Assembly: GCA_002633005.1 (NCBI GenBank)
Contig: NMRA01000350.1
Location: forward strand, 7,642 to 71,641
Length of the DNA: 64,000 nt
Reading direction: 5' to 3'
DNA from: Phoronis australis
Lineage: Eukaryota > Animalia > Phoronida
This document shows, in pieces, positions 40,401-47,457 of this stretch (position 1 is its first letter; the number at the start of each line of letters is the position of its first letter). The notes under the pieces are model-generated. The model saw nothing but the letters and a program-made list of their open reading frames with translations. It did no database searches and was not told the origin of the DNA. Position numbers and translations under genes: made by a program.

Positions 40401-41772
40401 TTTCTGTGGACTTACCTGGTGGTGGCTTCCGTGCCTTTTTAGACGTCAGCTGTTCAAACACAGCGGGATTTTCATACTCAAGCCTTTCCAAAAATTTGTC
40501 AAACGCAGCCGGACCCTTGGTGTATAAAATGTCCAGAAATCGACCTGTTTTACAAATCAAATTGATTGTACAGCCATCAAACCAATTTCAGATCATCAAA
40601 GCAATGTACAGACACATAACAAAAGACATTAAATTTTGACAGAGAGACCGTGCACAGAATTGTCATGGACCTGTGATTGAGCAAAAATTACCAACATCAA
40701 TACAATATTTGTCTATCTCTACACGATGATAAATAAACTTACCGGGTTTTTCGACACAGTTTGAACATAAACAACATTAATTTTATCAATAAATATGGAA
40801 TAGGCGACTCTGCCACAAACGTCAACACAGTTTGCATAGTTGGAGCCAATGATGTCATAGGATGCATGACAATCGTATTTCAAGAAAAGTCAATTTCAAT
40901 CAATCTATTATGATCTTAAAGCTTTGAATGCGTCAAATTATTTTGCACTATGTGGACCGAATAGCTAAGAGAGGCATCGGAACTGTTCCACCAATCACAT
41001 CACTCCAAGAGGTTTAGCTGGTCACAGAGCTGGCAATGGATATTTTATTTGATTCATGACTATTAACATTTTAACAAGAGATAGGTAACACATTATTTCA
41101 TAGCTTAAACTGGCAACAATTGGCATGTACAATGAAGCCTCTTTACAGCACAGTTTCACGTGAACATCACGGAACCAGCCGAGACGGGTATCATTCCAGT
41201 ACCATTAACGGTATAAAAACTTAAGTTTAGCACTATTGTTTAAATTGCAATGAAAACCAAAACGTTCTTTGACTAAAATAGTCATTTTTTAGGTATTTGT
41301 GAGACGTAACTTTGCTTCATGAAGCCAATTAGTCTATATCGATTATTTTCAGAGGTTCCTCAGTGTTCAGATTCCTAAGTACAGTAAAGATTAACACACT
41401 CAGATAAACAGGCAAAACACCGTTTCCCAGTCACAACATATCAATCTAGCTTAAGTCTGCTGGTGAATGCCGCTTCATAGCACCCGGCAGCCATCTTGAA
41501 GGGGAATTCCACACGCACGCAACTCTGTCAAGATGGGGAACTCTGAGTCACTCTGTCTGAGTAGTTTTGACGCTTACTAAATACTTGCCTGCCCTCGTTT
41601 GGCTTGTTTGGTGTACATAACGGTTAGAGATCTCTTCGCAGTCCTCCTGTGACAGGACATTGTGCTCACGTAAGAACTGCAGGTAGCGCTCCGATATGAC
41701 ATTGCGGCTGAGAAAGTCCCGATTTTGATCAATTATTTCTTGGTAATGGAAACTCTGATCAATCGCAGCCAT
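10378..41772 (-). CDS. CARD11-like: Gene span: CARMA-like CARD-coiled-coil-PDZ-SH3-GUK (CARD-MAGUK) scaffold, 23 coding exons, 1000 aa
   Basis: Manually spliced exons sum to 3003 nt with compatible phases, AG acceptors and GT donors (one GC). Motifs TRAGRFLDILYTKG, FLERLEYENP, YKEQ..ERDEAISQR, NPEGFRHL..DPFFIRSN, WFACKID..GHILSENRA, LVIYGP and CIADVDVQ are colinear with CARD11 as recalled. Confidence 0.9.
11822..11916 (-). CDS. CARMA-like exon 22 (GUK)
   Basis: tttcacttag| to G|gtaggt, phase 2/1; (W)SEICSNGSADVNQELQMGKKTEDVLLRGQSY. Confidence 0.75.
11949..12910 (+). mobile_element. HINE/pearl-like dispersed repeat copy with internal tandem units
   Basis: Left end aataagagcaacgtggagcattgaaatgcatccac is shared with 19199 and 37313; internal units match 19550-20800; right boundary approximate. 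Confidence 0.7.
13304..13434 (-). CDS. CARMA-like exon 21 (GUK)
   Basis: aatttcag| to TG|gtgggt, phase 0/2; NYFCIADVDVQDVVTFSSRLKAVGMDLNVVFLRPSQ resembles GUK HCILDVDVQG..IFIxPPS. Absent from the ORF track. Confidence 0.85.
13561..13880. repeat. ~75-80-bp degenerate tandem repeat
   Basis: ttggtcatccataactaaag.catactcaataaga at 13561, 13641 and 13715, decaying afterwards. Confidence 0.8.
14307..14434 (-). CDS. CARMA-like exon 20 (GUK)
   Basis: ttttatttcag| to TTG|gtaaac, phase 1/0; ENRICSEQEVVHWILKNEILHCVKCGVSNFSVLATESVKKNAL. Confidence 0.8.
15141..15236 (-). CDS. CARMA-like exon 19 (GUK start)
   Basis: tttaatgcag| to G|gtgagc, phase 1/1; (Y)KKLLVIYGPCQLRYTVQQELRLKHDFLECTL. Confidence 0.82.
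15681..15725 (-). CDS. CARMA-like exon 18 (45 nt, SH3-GUK junction)
   Basis: gctttacag| to T|gtgagt, phase 1/1; GEGSIREVPYQRLHQ (MAGUK PY/SY strand). Confidence 0.8.
16557..16633 (-). CDS. CARMA-like exon 17 (hook helix)
   Basis: tttttccag| to G|gtaagt, phase 2/1; (R)ASELLSKCTTSPLKLLGKSTLDMPF. Confidence 0.82.
16981..17196 (-). CDS. CARMA-like exon 16 (SH3)
   Basis: tttccatag| to AG|gttcgt, phase 2/2; SNMEIDSHLPGYLNIHKGDILMV...DWFACKIDKKTGDADQFGHILSEN (MAGUK SH3 pattern). Confidence 0.9.
17660..18125 (+). mobile_element. Diverged copy of the HINE/pearl-like repeat
   Basis: aaattgtcactagggggcaaaccagtaatcagatc and caaatttcatga motifs; boundaries approximate. Confidence 0.5.
18185..18248 (-). 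CDS. CARMA-like exon 15 (PDZ-SH3 linker)
   Basis: cacttacag| to AG|gtaggc, phase 1/2; GFRHLQSVYDKVKITEDPFFIR resembles GYRKL..GDSFYIR. Confidence 0.88.
19199..20871 (+). mobile_element. Apparently full-length HINE/pearl-like non-autonomous element with ~450-460-bp internal tandem units
   Basis: 5' aaacaagagcaacgtggaacgttgaaatg; unit g(t/c)ggt(t/c)tggttga.agaa recurs at 19558, 20008 and 20467; 3' GAC-rich tract, short palindrome cacatataaatatgtg, then gtgcatgaaaa. Confidence 0.75.
21388..21465. repeat. 36-bp tandem repeat, ~2.2 copies
   Basis: gaaatgagatatgcga.gccta..(a/g)ctacaagacat twice. Confidence 0.8.
21482..21626 (-). CDS. CARMA-like exon 14 (PDZ C-terminal half)
   Basis: ttatttcag| to G|gtatct, phase 0/1; VECSDRDGVLQSLTLRDGSQEGQDRVRYAIMCAQPDSQINLCLMHNPE. 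Confidence 0.85.
22851..23007 (-). CDS. CARMA-like exon 13 (PDZ N-terminal half)
   Basis: tttttctcag| to CAG|gtaagc, phase 2/0; SASLNERNVSIPASFLQDFVEIRGEIVIGFYVFCVNTKQFEYDIREMDQVLQ. Confidence 0.85.
23338..23568. mobile_element. MITE-like element with long terminal inverted repeats
   Basis: tcaagcctgcagctcaggcccttgatcacgtgac ... gtcatgtgatcaagggcctgagctgaaggcttga; the inverted repeat extends inward (ttcccgattgtgg / ccacaatgctggga). Confidence 0.75.
23970..24205 (-). CDS. CARMA-like exon 12 (Ser/Pro-rich linker)
   Basis: gtcttgtag| to AG|gtataa, phase 0/2; PRYVEEDSFRVKTLYQRESHPHNLPVPSTPIMDSSPSS...FKRSRSLPGNCKMQN. Confidence 0.82.
25320..25397 (-). CDS. CARMA-like exon 11 (linker)
   Basis: aaattgcag| to GAG|gtattt, phase 0/0; IDNWPDRCEWTSSLLVEPSCSIKRKE. 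Symmetric exon supported by splice sites and an open frame only. Confidence 0.6.
26139..26189 (-). CDS. CARMA-like exon 10 (linker, 51 nt)
   Basis: ttactttgtag| to GGG|gtgagt, phase 0/0; YSMDRSFSEDDISESSG. Confidence 0.72.
26647..29218. other. N gap (27478-28379) flanked by a near-identical ~830-bp direct duplication (26647-27477 and 28380-29218)
   Basis: The copies differ by scattered SNPs and small indels and both abut the gap; probably unmerged haplotypes. Confidence 0.85.
29719..29928 (-). CDS. CARMA-like exon 9 (end of coiled coil)
   Basis: aatttcag| to GAG|gtaagt, phase 0/0; AISQRNTAQKACEQKIEERDQLVASKHNMQAKMDLLNNDICHLENQVRKLQQELEEATGTKTRYSGDSGE. Confidence 0.9.
31738..31863 (-). CDS. 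CARMA-like exon 8 (coiled coil)
   Basis: gttctatag| to GAG|gttagt, phase 0/0; MAEQLNEVELTVKNLKKESLTYKEQGEDLRTQLKKIQMERDE resembles CARD11 YKHRM..QLEEVERERDQ. Confidence 0.9.
32376..32543 (-). CDS. CARMA-like exon 7 (coiled coil)
   Basis: gtgttgcag| to AAG|gtgaaa, phase 0/0; DSLEVQVLQNVQTNYQEQVTILKEQYNDAMEK...VEGEKKK. Confidence 0.88.
32796..32928. repeat. ~133-bp imperfect palindrome
   Basis: Arms atcttacagtcgtctcag..aaaacctctttgaaattt and aaattttcaagaggtttt..ctgagacaagtgtaggat, centred on cctgagggctcagg. Confidence 0.75.
33612..33720 (+). mobile_element. Possible decayed tRNA-derived SINE head
   Basis: B-box-like gctcgagtccc at ~33660 downstream of a weak A-box-like segment. Confidence 0.25.
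34291..34430 (-). CDS. CARMA-like exon 6 (coiled coil)
   Basis: tgattacag| to ATA|gtgagt, phase 1/0; DRWNSEVEKSMRLQKDCERAPRRMELETLRTENEQLHQQVAQQKSLI. Confidence 0.9.
34700..34858 (-). CDS. CARMA-like exon 5 (coiled coil)
   Basis: atgattcag| to G|gtttgt, phase 1/1; ELLYESSLGYKKETDASKLRSQQYMMERDAMTERYNALKQERDAITVDVSKFK. Confidence 0.85.
35366..35480 (-). CDS. CARMA-like exon 4 (coiled coil)
   Basis: tttctatcag| to G|gtatcg, phase 0/1; DKVNVLQVKNNKLGHKCHGLKLDNKHLLERNQTLQREK. Confidence 0.85.
37313..37810 (+). mobile_element. Diverged 5' portion of the HINE/pearl-like repeat
   Basis: acaagtaacagcaacgtggagttttgaaatgtgccca left end; aaattgccatttgggggcac subunit. Confidence 0.55.
38333..38481 (-). 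CDS. CARMA-like exon 3 (post-CARD linker and coiled-coil start)
   Basis: tgtctgtag| to GAG|gtagga, phase 1/0; GFIADLKGCRGSVIIPHLAFMAKTLEEKYHEAAEIRGLIDSLSTSNQALE. Confidence 0.85.
39250..39375. repeat. Degenerate ~20-bp CA-rich minisatellite
   Basis: cacacccc(c)aaca.agaca repeated ~6 times. Confidence 0.75.
40416..40544 (-). CDS. CARMA-like exon 2 (CARD C-terminal half)
   Basis: gtaaaacag| to G|gtaagt, phase 1/1; GRFLDILYTKGPAAFDKFLERLEYENPAVFEQLTSKKARKPPP. Confidence 0.93.
41589..41772 (-). CDS. CARMA-like exon 1 (CARD N-terminal half; exon begins at the acceptor at 41780)
   Basis: aaaccATGG Kozak context; MAAIDQSFHYQEIIDQNRDFLSRNVISERYLQFLREHNVLSQEDCEEISNRYVHQTSQTRA(G); donor is CAG|gcaagt (GC-AG intron). 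Confidence 0.92.
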
Positions 41773-41999
41773 GGTTTCACCTACAAATGTCAAAAACATC
41801 ATAGCAAGAAGTTGCGAATTTCCGTTCGTCTTTAAGGACTGTATGTCAGACTTCACATTTTCATCTCAGACAACTAAGATGGATTTCACTATTATGATCA
41901 AATCCACTGAGAAAAAACTTTTAGCTCATGCACTTGTAGTGGTCAATGCTGATATCTCCATTATTCTATAACCCAAAGCTAGGCTCGCACCAGACTTAA

Positions 42000-43450
42000 A
42001 GGAGAATGCCACCCAATTCAATTAGTCTTTTTTACCGTCTTAATCCGTCTACATCCACATCGCCTCTTCATACGGTCGACCTCATCTTGCCGAGAGGTGT
42101 CGCGTTAACCCGTGAGGAAGGTGAAAAACGACGCAGCAACATCGGTGGTTCGTCTGTAGAGTGAATGCCGCTATATTCCAGTTCATCGTTCCCGCTTGTC
42201 CGAACTATGAAGCTGCGAAGAAAGCGGGTATATCGTTTTTTCGACTTCCTCGAGAGCTCGAAATGCTTAGGAAGTGGCTCGCTGTAGTGAAGAATGAAAG
42301 GTACGCTGTTAATAGCAAGTATGAGGCCGTGAAACATCTCCGTGTCTGTGGCCGGCATTTCGTCGACAGAGATTTCTCTGACGAATTCCGGCCTACCAAA
42401 GAACAATCCATATGTTCCGTTGCCTGTGCATGTTCACTGCGCCTCTCTAGTATTTCTTGGTCAGTGTATTCCGGTTCGAACTGATAGCCTTTGAAATCTA
42501 ATGATCCGACCCGTGAAGTCTTGACTAAGGCGGCATTGGCGACGGGCGAGTTGCCATGTAGATGTTTATTTTCTGCGTACTGTTTCAAAATGAATTATTC
42601 TCATCCTAACCAATACTTATATCAAACTGAAACAAAGTCTGCCTCATTGAGATACAATTTGTAATGCCTTTGCAGTATTCGTGAGTGCAAATGCTGAGAA
42701 GCCAGCAATGATTGAACCACTGCGTTCCGGCTTTTGATGCTGGCAATAAAGGTAATTGACCGTGTGAGCCCATGCTAATTCAGTGTTTACTGACAGAAAA
42801 TATTGTGAAACAATTACTCGATTTTATATGCTATGGTCTTATGTTAGGGGAATTATTCAAATCATTGTTACTGTACAGCCTTTGCCCCGACGGTCCATGG
42901 AAGGGGAACCTGACTTCGCACCCCCTCCCCCATATAAGTAGATTATCAGTTTTGTGGCTAATTCACGTAAATAATTACATGCGCATTATTTCTTTGGGTC
43001 ACTATAGCTTTTTGTGACTGGAGGTTTAGTTTCCAACTCAAGCTGGTTTATGTTCTTGCCAGTCCCGGCGGCTGTGACGCCGGGCTTGATCGGGTTCCGA
43101 GCCACTGGCCAGGATAACGAGTCAGTCTGGTCGCGACGGGCCTGATCGGGGAATCCAAGCCACTGGCCACTGGGGATAACAAGCATTTCGTGTGTTTAGA
43201 ACTAAAAAAATCCCAAGTATAAACAACACAGATTTAGGTTCTCCTGTCTGTATTTCCCTTTGAATTTATCTCCAACCGAACCCAAACTCCTGCAACGACC
43301 TTGGTAAATTGTAGGCGTGTCCAAATACCAATAAATCCGTAACAGCGAAATAAAACGACACATTTATATGAAAAATCCGGTGTATTATTGAGTAGAACTA
43401 CTGAATCTAAATTGATACAAAAAAGGTTGTTTTTTGGGTGGCACGCTCCT
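42000..43450 (+). mobile_element. Kolobok-type non-autonomous DNA transposon, copy 1, with THAP remnant
   Basis: TTAA|aggagaatgccaccc ... gggtggcacgctcct|TTAA; TTAA TSD plus RR..YY termini plus THAP is the Kolobok signature; no DDE ORF seen. Confidence 0.85.
42161..42400 (+). pseudogene. Degenerate THAP zinc-finger domain (first Cys replaced by Phe)
   Basis: FIVPACPNYEAAKKAGISFFRLPRELEMLRKWLAVVK...LRVCGRHFVDRDF retains THAP P, W and CxxHF. Confidence 0.8.
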
Positions 43451-43573
43451 TTAAGGTAACCAAAATGGCTAAAGCATCTGAAAACTTTTAGCCATTTTCA
43501 AAAATTGTTAGCCAAACACGCTCTCCTTTCCAGAGTCCTGCAAAATTCAGTTACATGAAGCGAACTTTTTATN

Positions 43574-44519
43574 TCTGTCTCATTGAGATACAATTTGTAA
43601 TGCCTTTGCAGTATTCGTGAGTGCAAATGCTGAGAAGCCAGCGATGATTGAACCACTGCATTCCGGCTTTTGATGCCGGCAATAAAGGTAATTGACCGTG
43701 TGAGCCCATGCTAATTCAGTGTTTACTGACAGAAAATATTGTGAAACAATTACTCGATTTTATATGCTATGGTCTTATGTTAGGGGAATTACTCAAATCA
43801 TTGTTACTGTACAGCCTTTGCCCCGACGGTCCGTGGAAGGGGAACCTGACTTCGCACCCCCTCCCCCAAATAAGTAGATTATCAGTTTTGTGGCTAATTC
43901 ACGTAAATAATTACATGCGCATTATTTCTTTGGGTCACTATAGTCTTTTTGTGACTGGAGGTTTAGTTTCCAACTCAAGCTGGTTTATGTTCTTGCCAGT
44001 CCCGGCGGCTGTGACGCCGGGCTTGATCGGGTTCCGAGCCACTGGCCAGGATAACGAGTCAGTCTGGTCGCGACGGGCCTGACCGGGGAATCCAAGCCAC
44101 TGGCCACTGGGGATAACAAGCATTTCGTGTGTTTAGAACTCAAAAAATCACAAGTATAAACAACACAGATTTAGGTTCTCCTGTCTGTATTTCACGGAAG
44201 AATACTTTGAATTTATCTCCAACAGAACCCAAACTCCTGCTACGACCTTGGTAAATTGTAGGCGTGTCCAAATACCAATAAATCCCTAACAGCGAAATAA
44301 AACGACACATTTATATGAAAAATCCGGTGTATTATTGAGTAGAACTACTGAATCTAAATTGATACAAAAAAGGTTGTTTTTTGGGTGGCACGCTCCTTTA
44401 AGGTAACCAAAATGGCTAAAGCATCTGAAAACTTTTAGCCATTTTCAAAAATTGTTAGCCAAACACGCTCTCCTTTCCAGAGTCCTGCAAAATTCAGTTA
44501 CATGAAGCGAACTTTTTAT
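43574..44519. other. Second near-identical copy of 42638-43572 after a single N (43573); probable haplotype duplication
   Basis: Includes the Kolobok right TIR again (ends 44397, then TTAA) plus the same ~120 bp of flanking sequence. Confidence 0.85.
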
Positions 44520-45903
44520 TTTTCATGTGATGCACAGGTCCTTTTCATAAATGTACAAGAAAAGATGTTTGCCTTAAGAAAAAGAATAAACACAAATGGT
44601 CATCATTCCAAGGTCATATAGCAACCTTTAAATAAGTTTGAGGGGATGGGTTTTATTATGGCCTAACAAGTTTGGGCAGAGGTTTCCCCTAATACTGGGT
44701 GTGAACATTGGCCACATGAGCATTTAAATGATGTTGACCTTAAAAAATTGGGCAGTTGTTCCCCCTATCCCCGGGTTTTGTCAGGAGTATGCCGGACACA
44801 TGGGCATTTTGATGACCAAGACATTTAAGTCCAAAATGTTAACATAATTTGTGACTTCCAAAATGAAGGCGAATTGTGCAGACTACTGAATATAAAACTC
44901 ATTAAGCAACAAATTGATATTTACTTTATATTGCGTCATTTTCAACTGCGGCTGAAATGCAAACGCGCCCCAGTCTCTCAATAGCTTTGTCAATCCTTTG
45001 ATTTGGTCCCGAATATCAACCCCGTTCCCCTCAGAAAAATATTGAAAAATCACGCGAAATTCGACATGAGGCCCAAAAATTCCCATGAAGTGACTGAAAA
45101 CTTTCCCTCAAGTTTGACAGGCCTTTAGTAACTCTCACACGTCACAATTTGAAAGAGCGCAAAATGTTACTTTAGGCTACTTGAAGCAGAGCCTATGAGG
45201 TCTTGCAACAGGATGGGTGCTTGGTGATTGGGAGGAAAAATTTTCCTCTCACCCCCAAAAATTACCCTCTCAGACGGCACAAGTACCGTTCCTCTAGAAT
45301 AATTGAGGGCCATGTTTTTACTGTGCACTTGCACGAACCAACTAGGTATGACATGGGACCTATTTTGACTTAAAATAAGTCATCGGAAAATCATTAACAG
45401 CCGTCCTCTTCACAGTAGGAAGATATAATGCCAATTTCCATTATCATAAGTAGTGTGATAATTGGTTGACAGAGGGTCAAATTCGAAAAAAATAAAAATG
45501 GCCATTAAGATGGCGCAAAATACCATGAATCCATCCGAAAATATATGGATAGCGTCATTTCACTAATAGATGCCTTAATCAGCCAAATTTTATGGAAATC
45601 CATTGAGGAACTTTGAAAATACAGTGGTAAACATAAAAAATAAAATTGTCACTAGGGGGCACACTGGTAGTCCAATCAGTCTGAAAGTCATCATTGTTCA
45701 TTGTCAACTCCATATAAATACATTTGCTTAATTTATTAGAGATCTTGTTGAGCATTTAGAAGATCGATATAGCCACGAGCGCAAAAACAAAAAACTGCCA
45801 CTAGGAGGTGCCACCATATTTGAAATCGTTGGAAAATCATCCTCAGACATCTTCTTCAAAGTAGGAACATATACGTTATGTCAATTTTCACAATCATCCT
45901 TAA

Positions 45904-47457
45904 AGGAGAATGCCACCCGATTTAATTAGTAAGTCTTCTTTACCGTCTTAATCGGTCTAAATCCACTTCGCCTCTCATACGGTAGACCTATTTAAACCTT
46001 GCCGAGAGGTGTCGCGTTAACCTGTGAGAAAGGTGAGAAATGACGCAGCGACGTCAGTGGTTCGTCTGCAGAGTGAATGCTGCTATATTGCGGTGCATCA
46101 TTCCCGCTTGTCCGAACTATAAAGCTGCGAAGAAAAAAATGGGTATATCGTTTTTTCGACTTCCTCAAGAGCCCGAAATGCTTAGGCAGTGGCTGGCGGT
46201 AGTGAAGAATGAAAGGCACGCTGTTAATAGCAAGTATGAGGCCGTGAAACATCTCTGTGTCTATGGCCGGCATTTTGTCGACAGTGATTTCTCTGACCAA
46301 TTCCGGCTTACCAAAGAACTATCCATATGTTCCATTGTCTGTGCATGTTCACGGCGCCTCTCTAGTATTTCTTGATCAGTGTATTCCGGTTCGAACTGAT
46401 AGCCTGTGAAACCTAACGATCCGACCCGTGAAGTCTTCGTCGGGATTGGCACCGGGCCAGTTGCCATGTAGACGTTTATTATTCTGAAACAACGTCTGTC
46501 TCATTAGATACAATTTGTAATGCCTTGGAGTGCTCGTGAGTACAAATATTTTGAGAAGCCAGCAATGAATAAACCACTGTGTTTTGGCTTTTGATGCAGG
46601 CAACAAAGGTATTTGACCGGCACCGAGACCGTGTGAGCGCATGCTAATTCAGTGTTTGGTGACAGAAAGCTGTTGTGAAACAATTACTCGATTTTAGATG
46701 CTATGGTCACATGTTAGGACAATCTTCATTTAGAAATACAAATACATTATTCAAATCATTGTTACTGTACAACCTTTGCCCTGATGGTCTGTGGAAGGGG
46801 AATCTGACTTCGCGGCCCCCGACAAGTAAGTAGATTTTCAGTTTCGTGGCTAATTCACATAAAGAATTATGTCCACATTATTTCTTTGGCTCACTATATT
46901 CTTTTCGTGACTGGACGTTCAGTTTCCCTAGCTGGTTGAAATCGTACCAGTCCCGGACGCCGCGACGGGCCTGATCGGGTTCCGAGTCACTGGCCTGGAT
47001 AACAAGAGTTTTGTGTGTTTAGAACTAAAAAAATCACAAGTATAATCAACACAGATCTAGCTTCCCCTGTATGTATTTCACGGAAGAATACTTTGAATTT
47101 ATCTCCAAACAGACCCCAAACTCCTGCTATGGACCTTGGTAAATTGAAGTGTCCTAATACCAGTAAATTCGTAACAGCGAAATAAAACAACACGTTTTTA
47201 TAAGAACTCTATGTATTTTTAAGAGTTTTACATCGAAGTTTAATGATTTATTGGTGTTAAATGATGACTTCAAGCGATAAGCTGTAACCCATGTTGTGAA
47301 CTGCTGAACAGTCTGCGTGTGAAACCAATTACATCATTGGATAATTTCAATACCTCCGTCTGCCGTCAGGTTACGCAACCAAACGTGCCGTTATTGAGTA
47401 GAACTACTTGTCCTAAATCGATACAAAATAGGTTGTTTTTGTGGGTGGCATTCTCCT
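45904..47457 (+). mobile_element. Kolobok-type non-autonomous DNA transposon, copy 2, with THAP remnant
   Basis: Perfect 15-bp TIRs AGGAGAATGCCACCC/GGGTGGCATTCTCCT, TTAA at 45900-45903 and 47458-47461; colinear with copy 1. Confidence 0.9.
46073..46310 (+). pseudogene. Degenerate THAP zinc-finger domain (third Cys replaced by Tyr)
   Basis: LRCIIPACPNYKAAKKKMGISFFRLPQEPEMLRQWLAVVK...LCVYGRHFVDSDF. Confidence 0.8.

Noticed and set aside
41579-41588. Canonical GT donor at 41584 for the CARD exon
   Set aside because: Gives phase 2 against a phase-1 acceptor and breaks the RAGRFLDIL motif.
10378-41772. Assignment as DLG5 or as CARD9
   Set aside because: Only one PDZ and 1000 aa (DLG5 has four PDZ domains and is much longer); the CARD motifs are CARD9/11-type; CARD9 lacks PDZ-SH3-GUK. 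A phylogeny is still needed.
42638-44519. Long direct repeats suggesting an LTR or a composite (KolobokP-like) element
   Set aside because: The copies are separated by one N and include non-element flank beyond the TIR; haplotype duplication is the simpler explanation.
42000-47457. Host THAP gene, P element or piggyBac
   Set aside because: The THAP copies are degenerate and enclosed by TIRs. TTAA TSD with AG..CT termini fits Kolobok, not P (7-8-bp TSD) or piggyBac (CC..GG termini).
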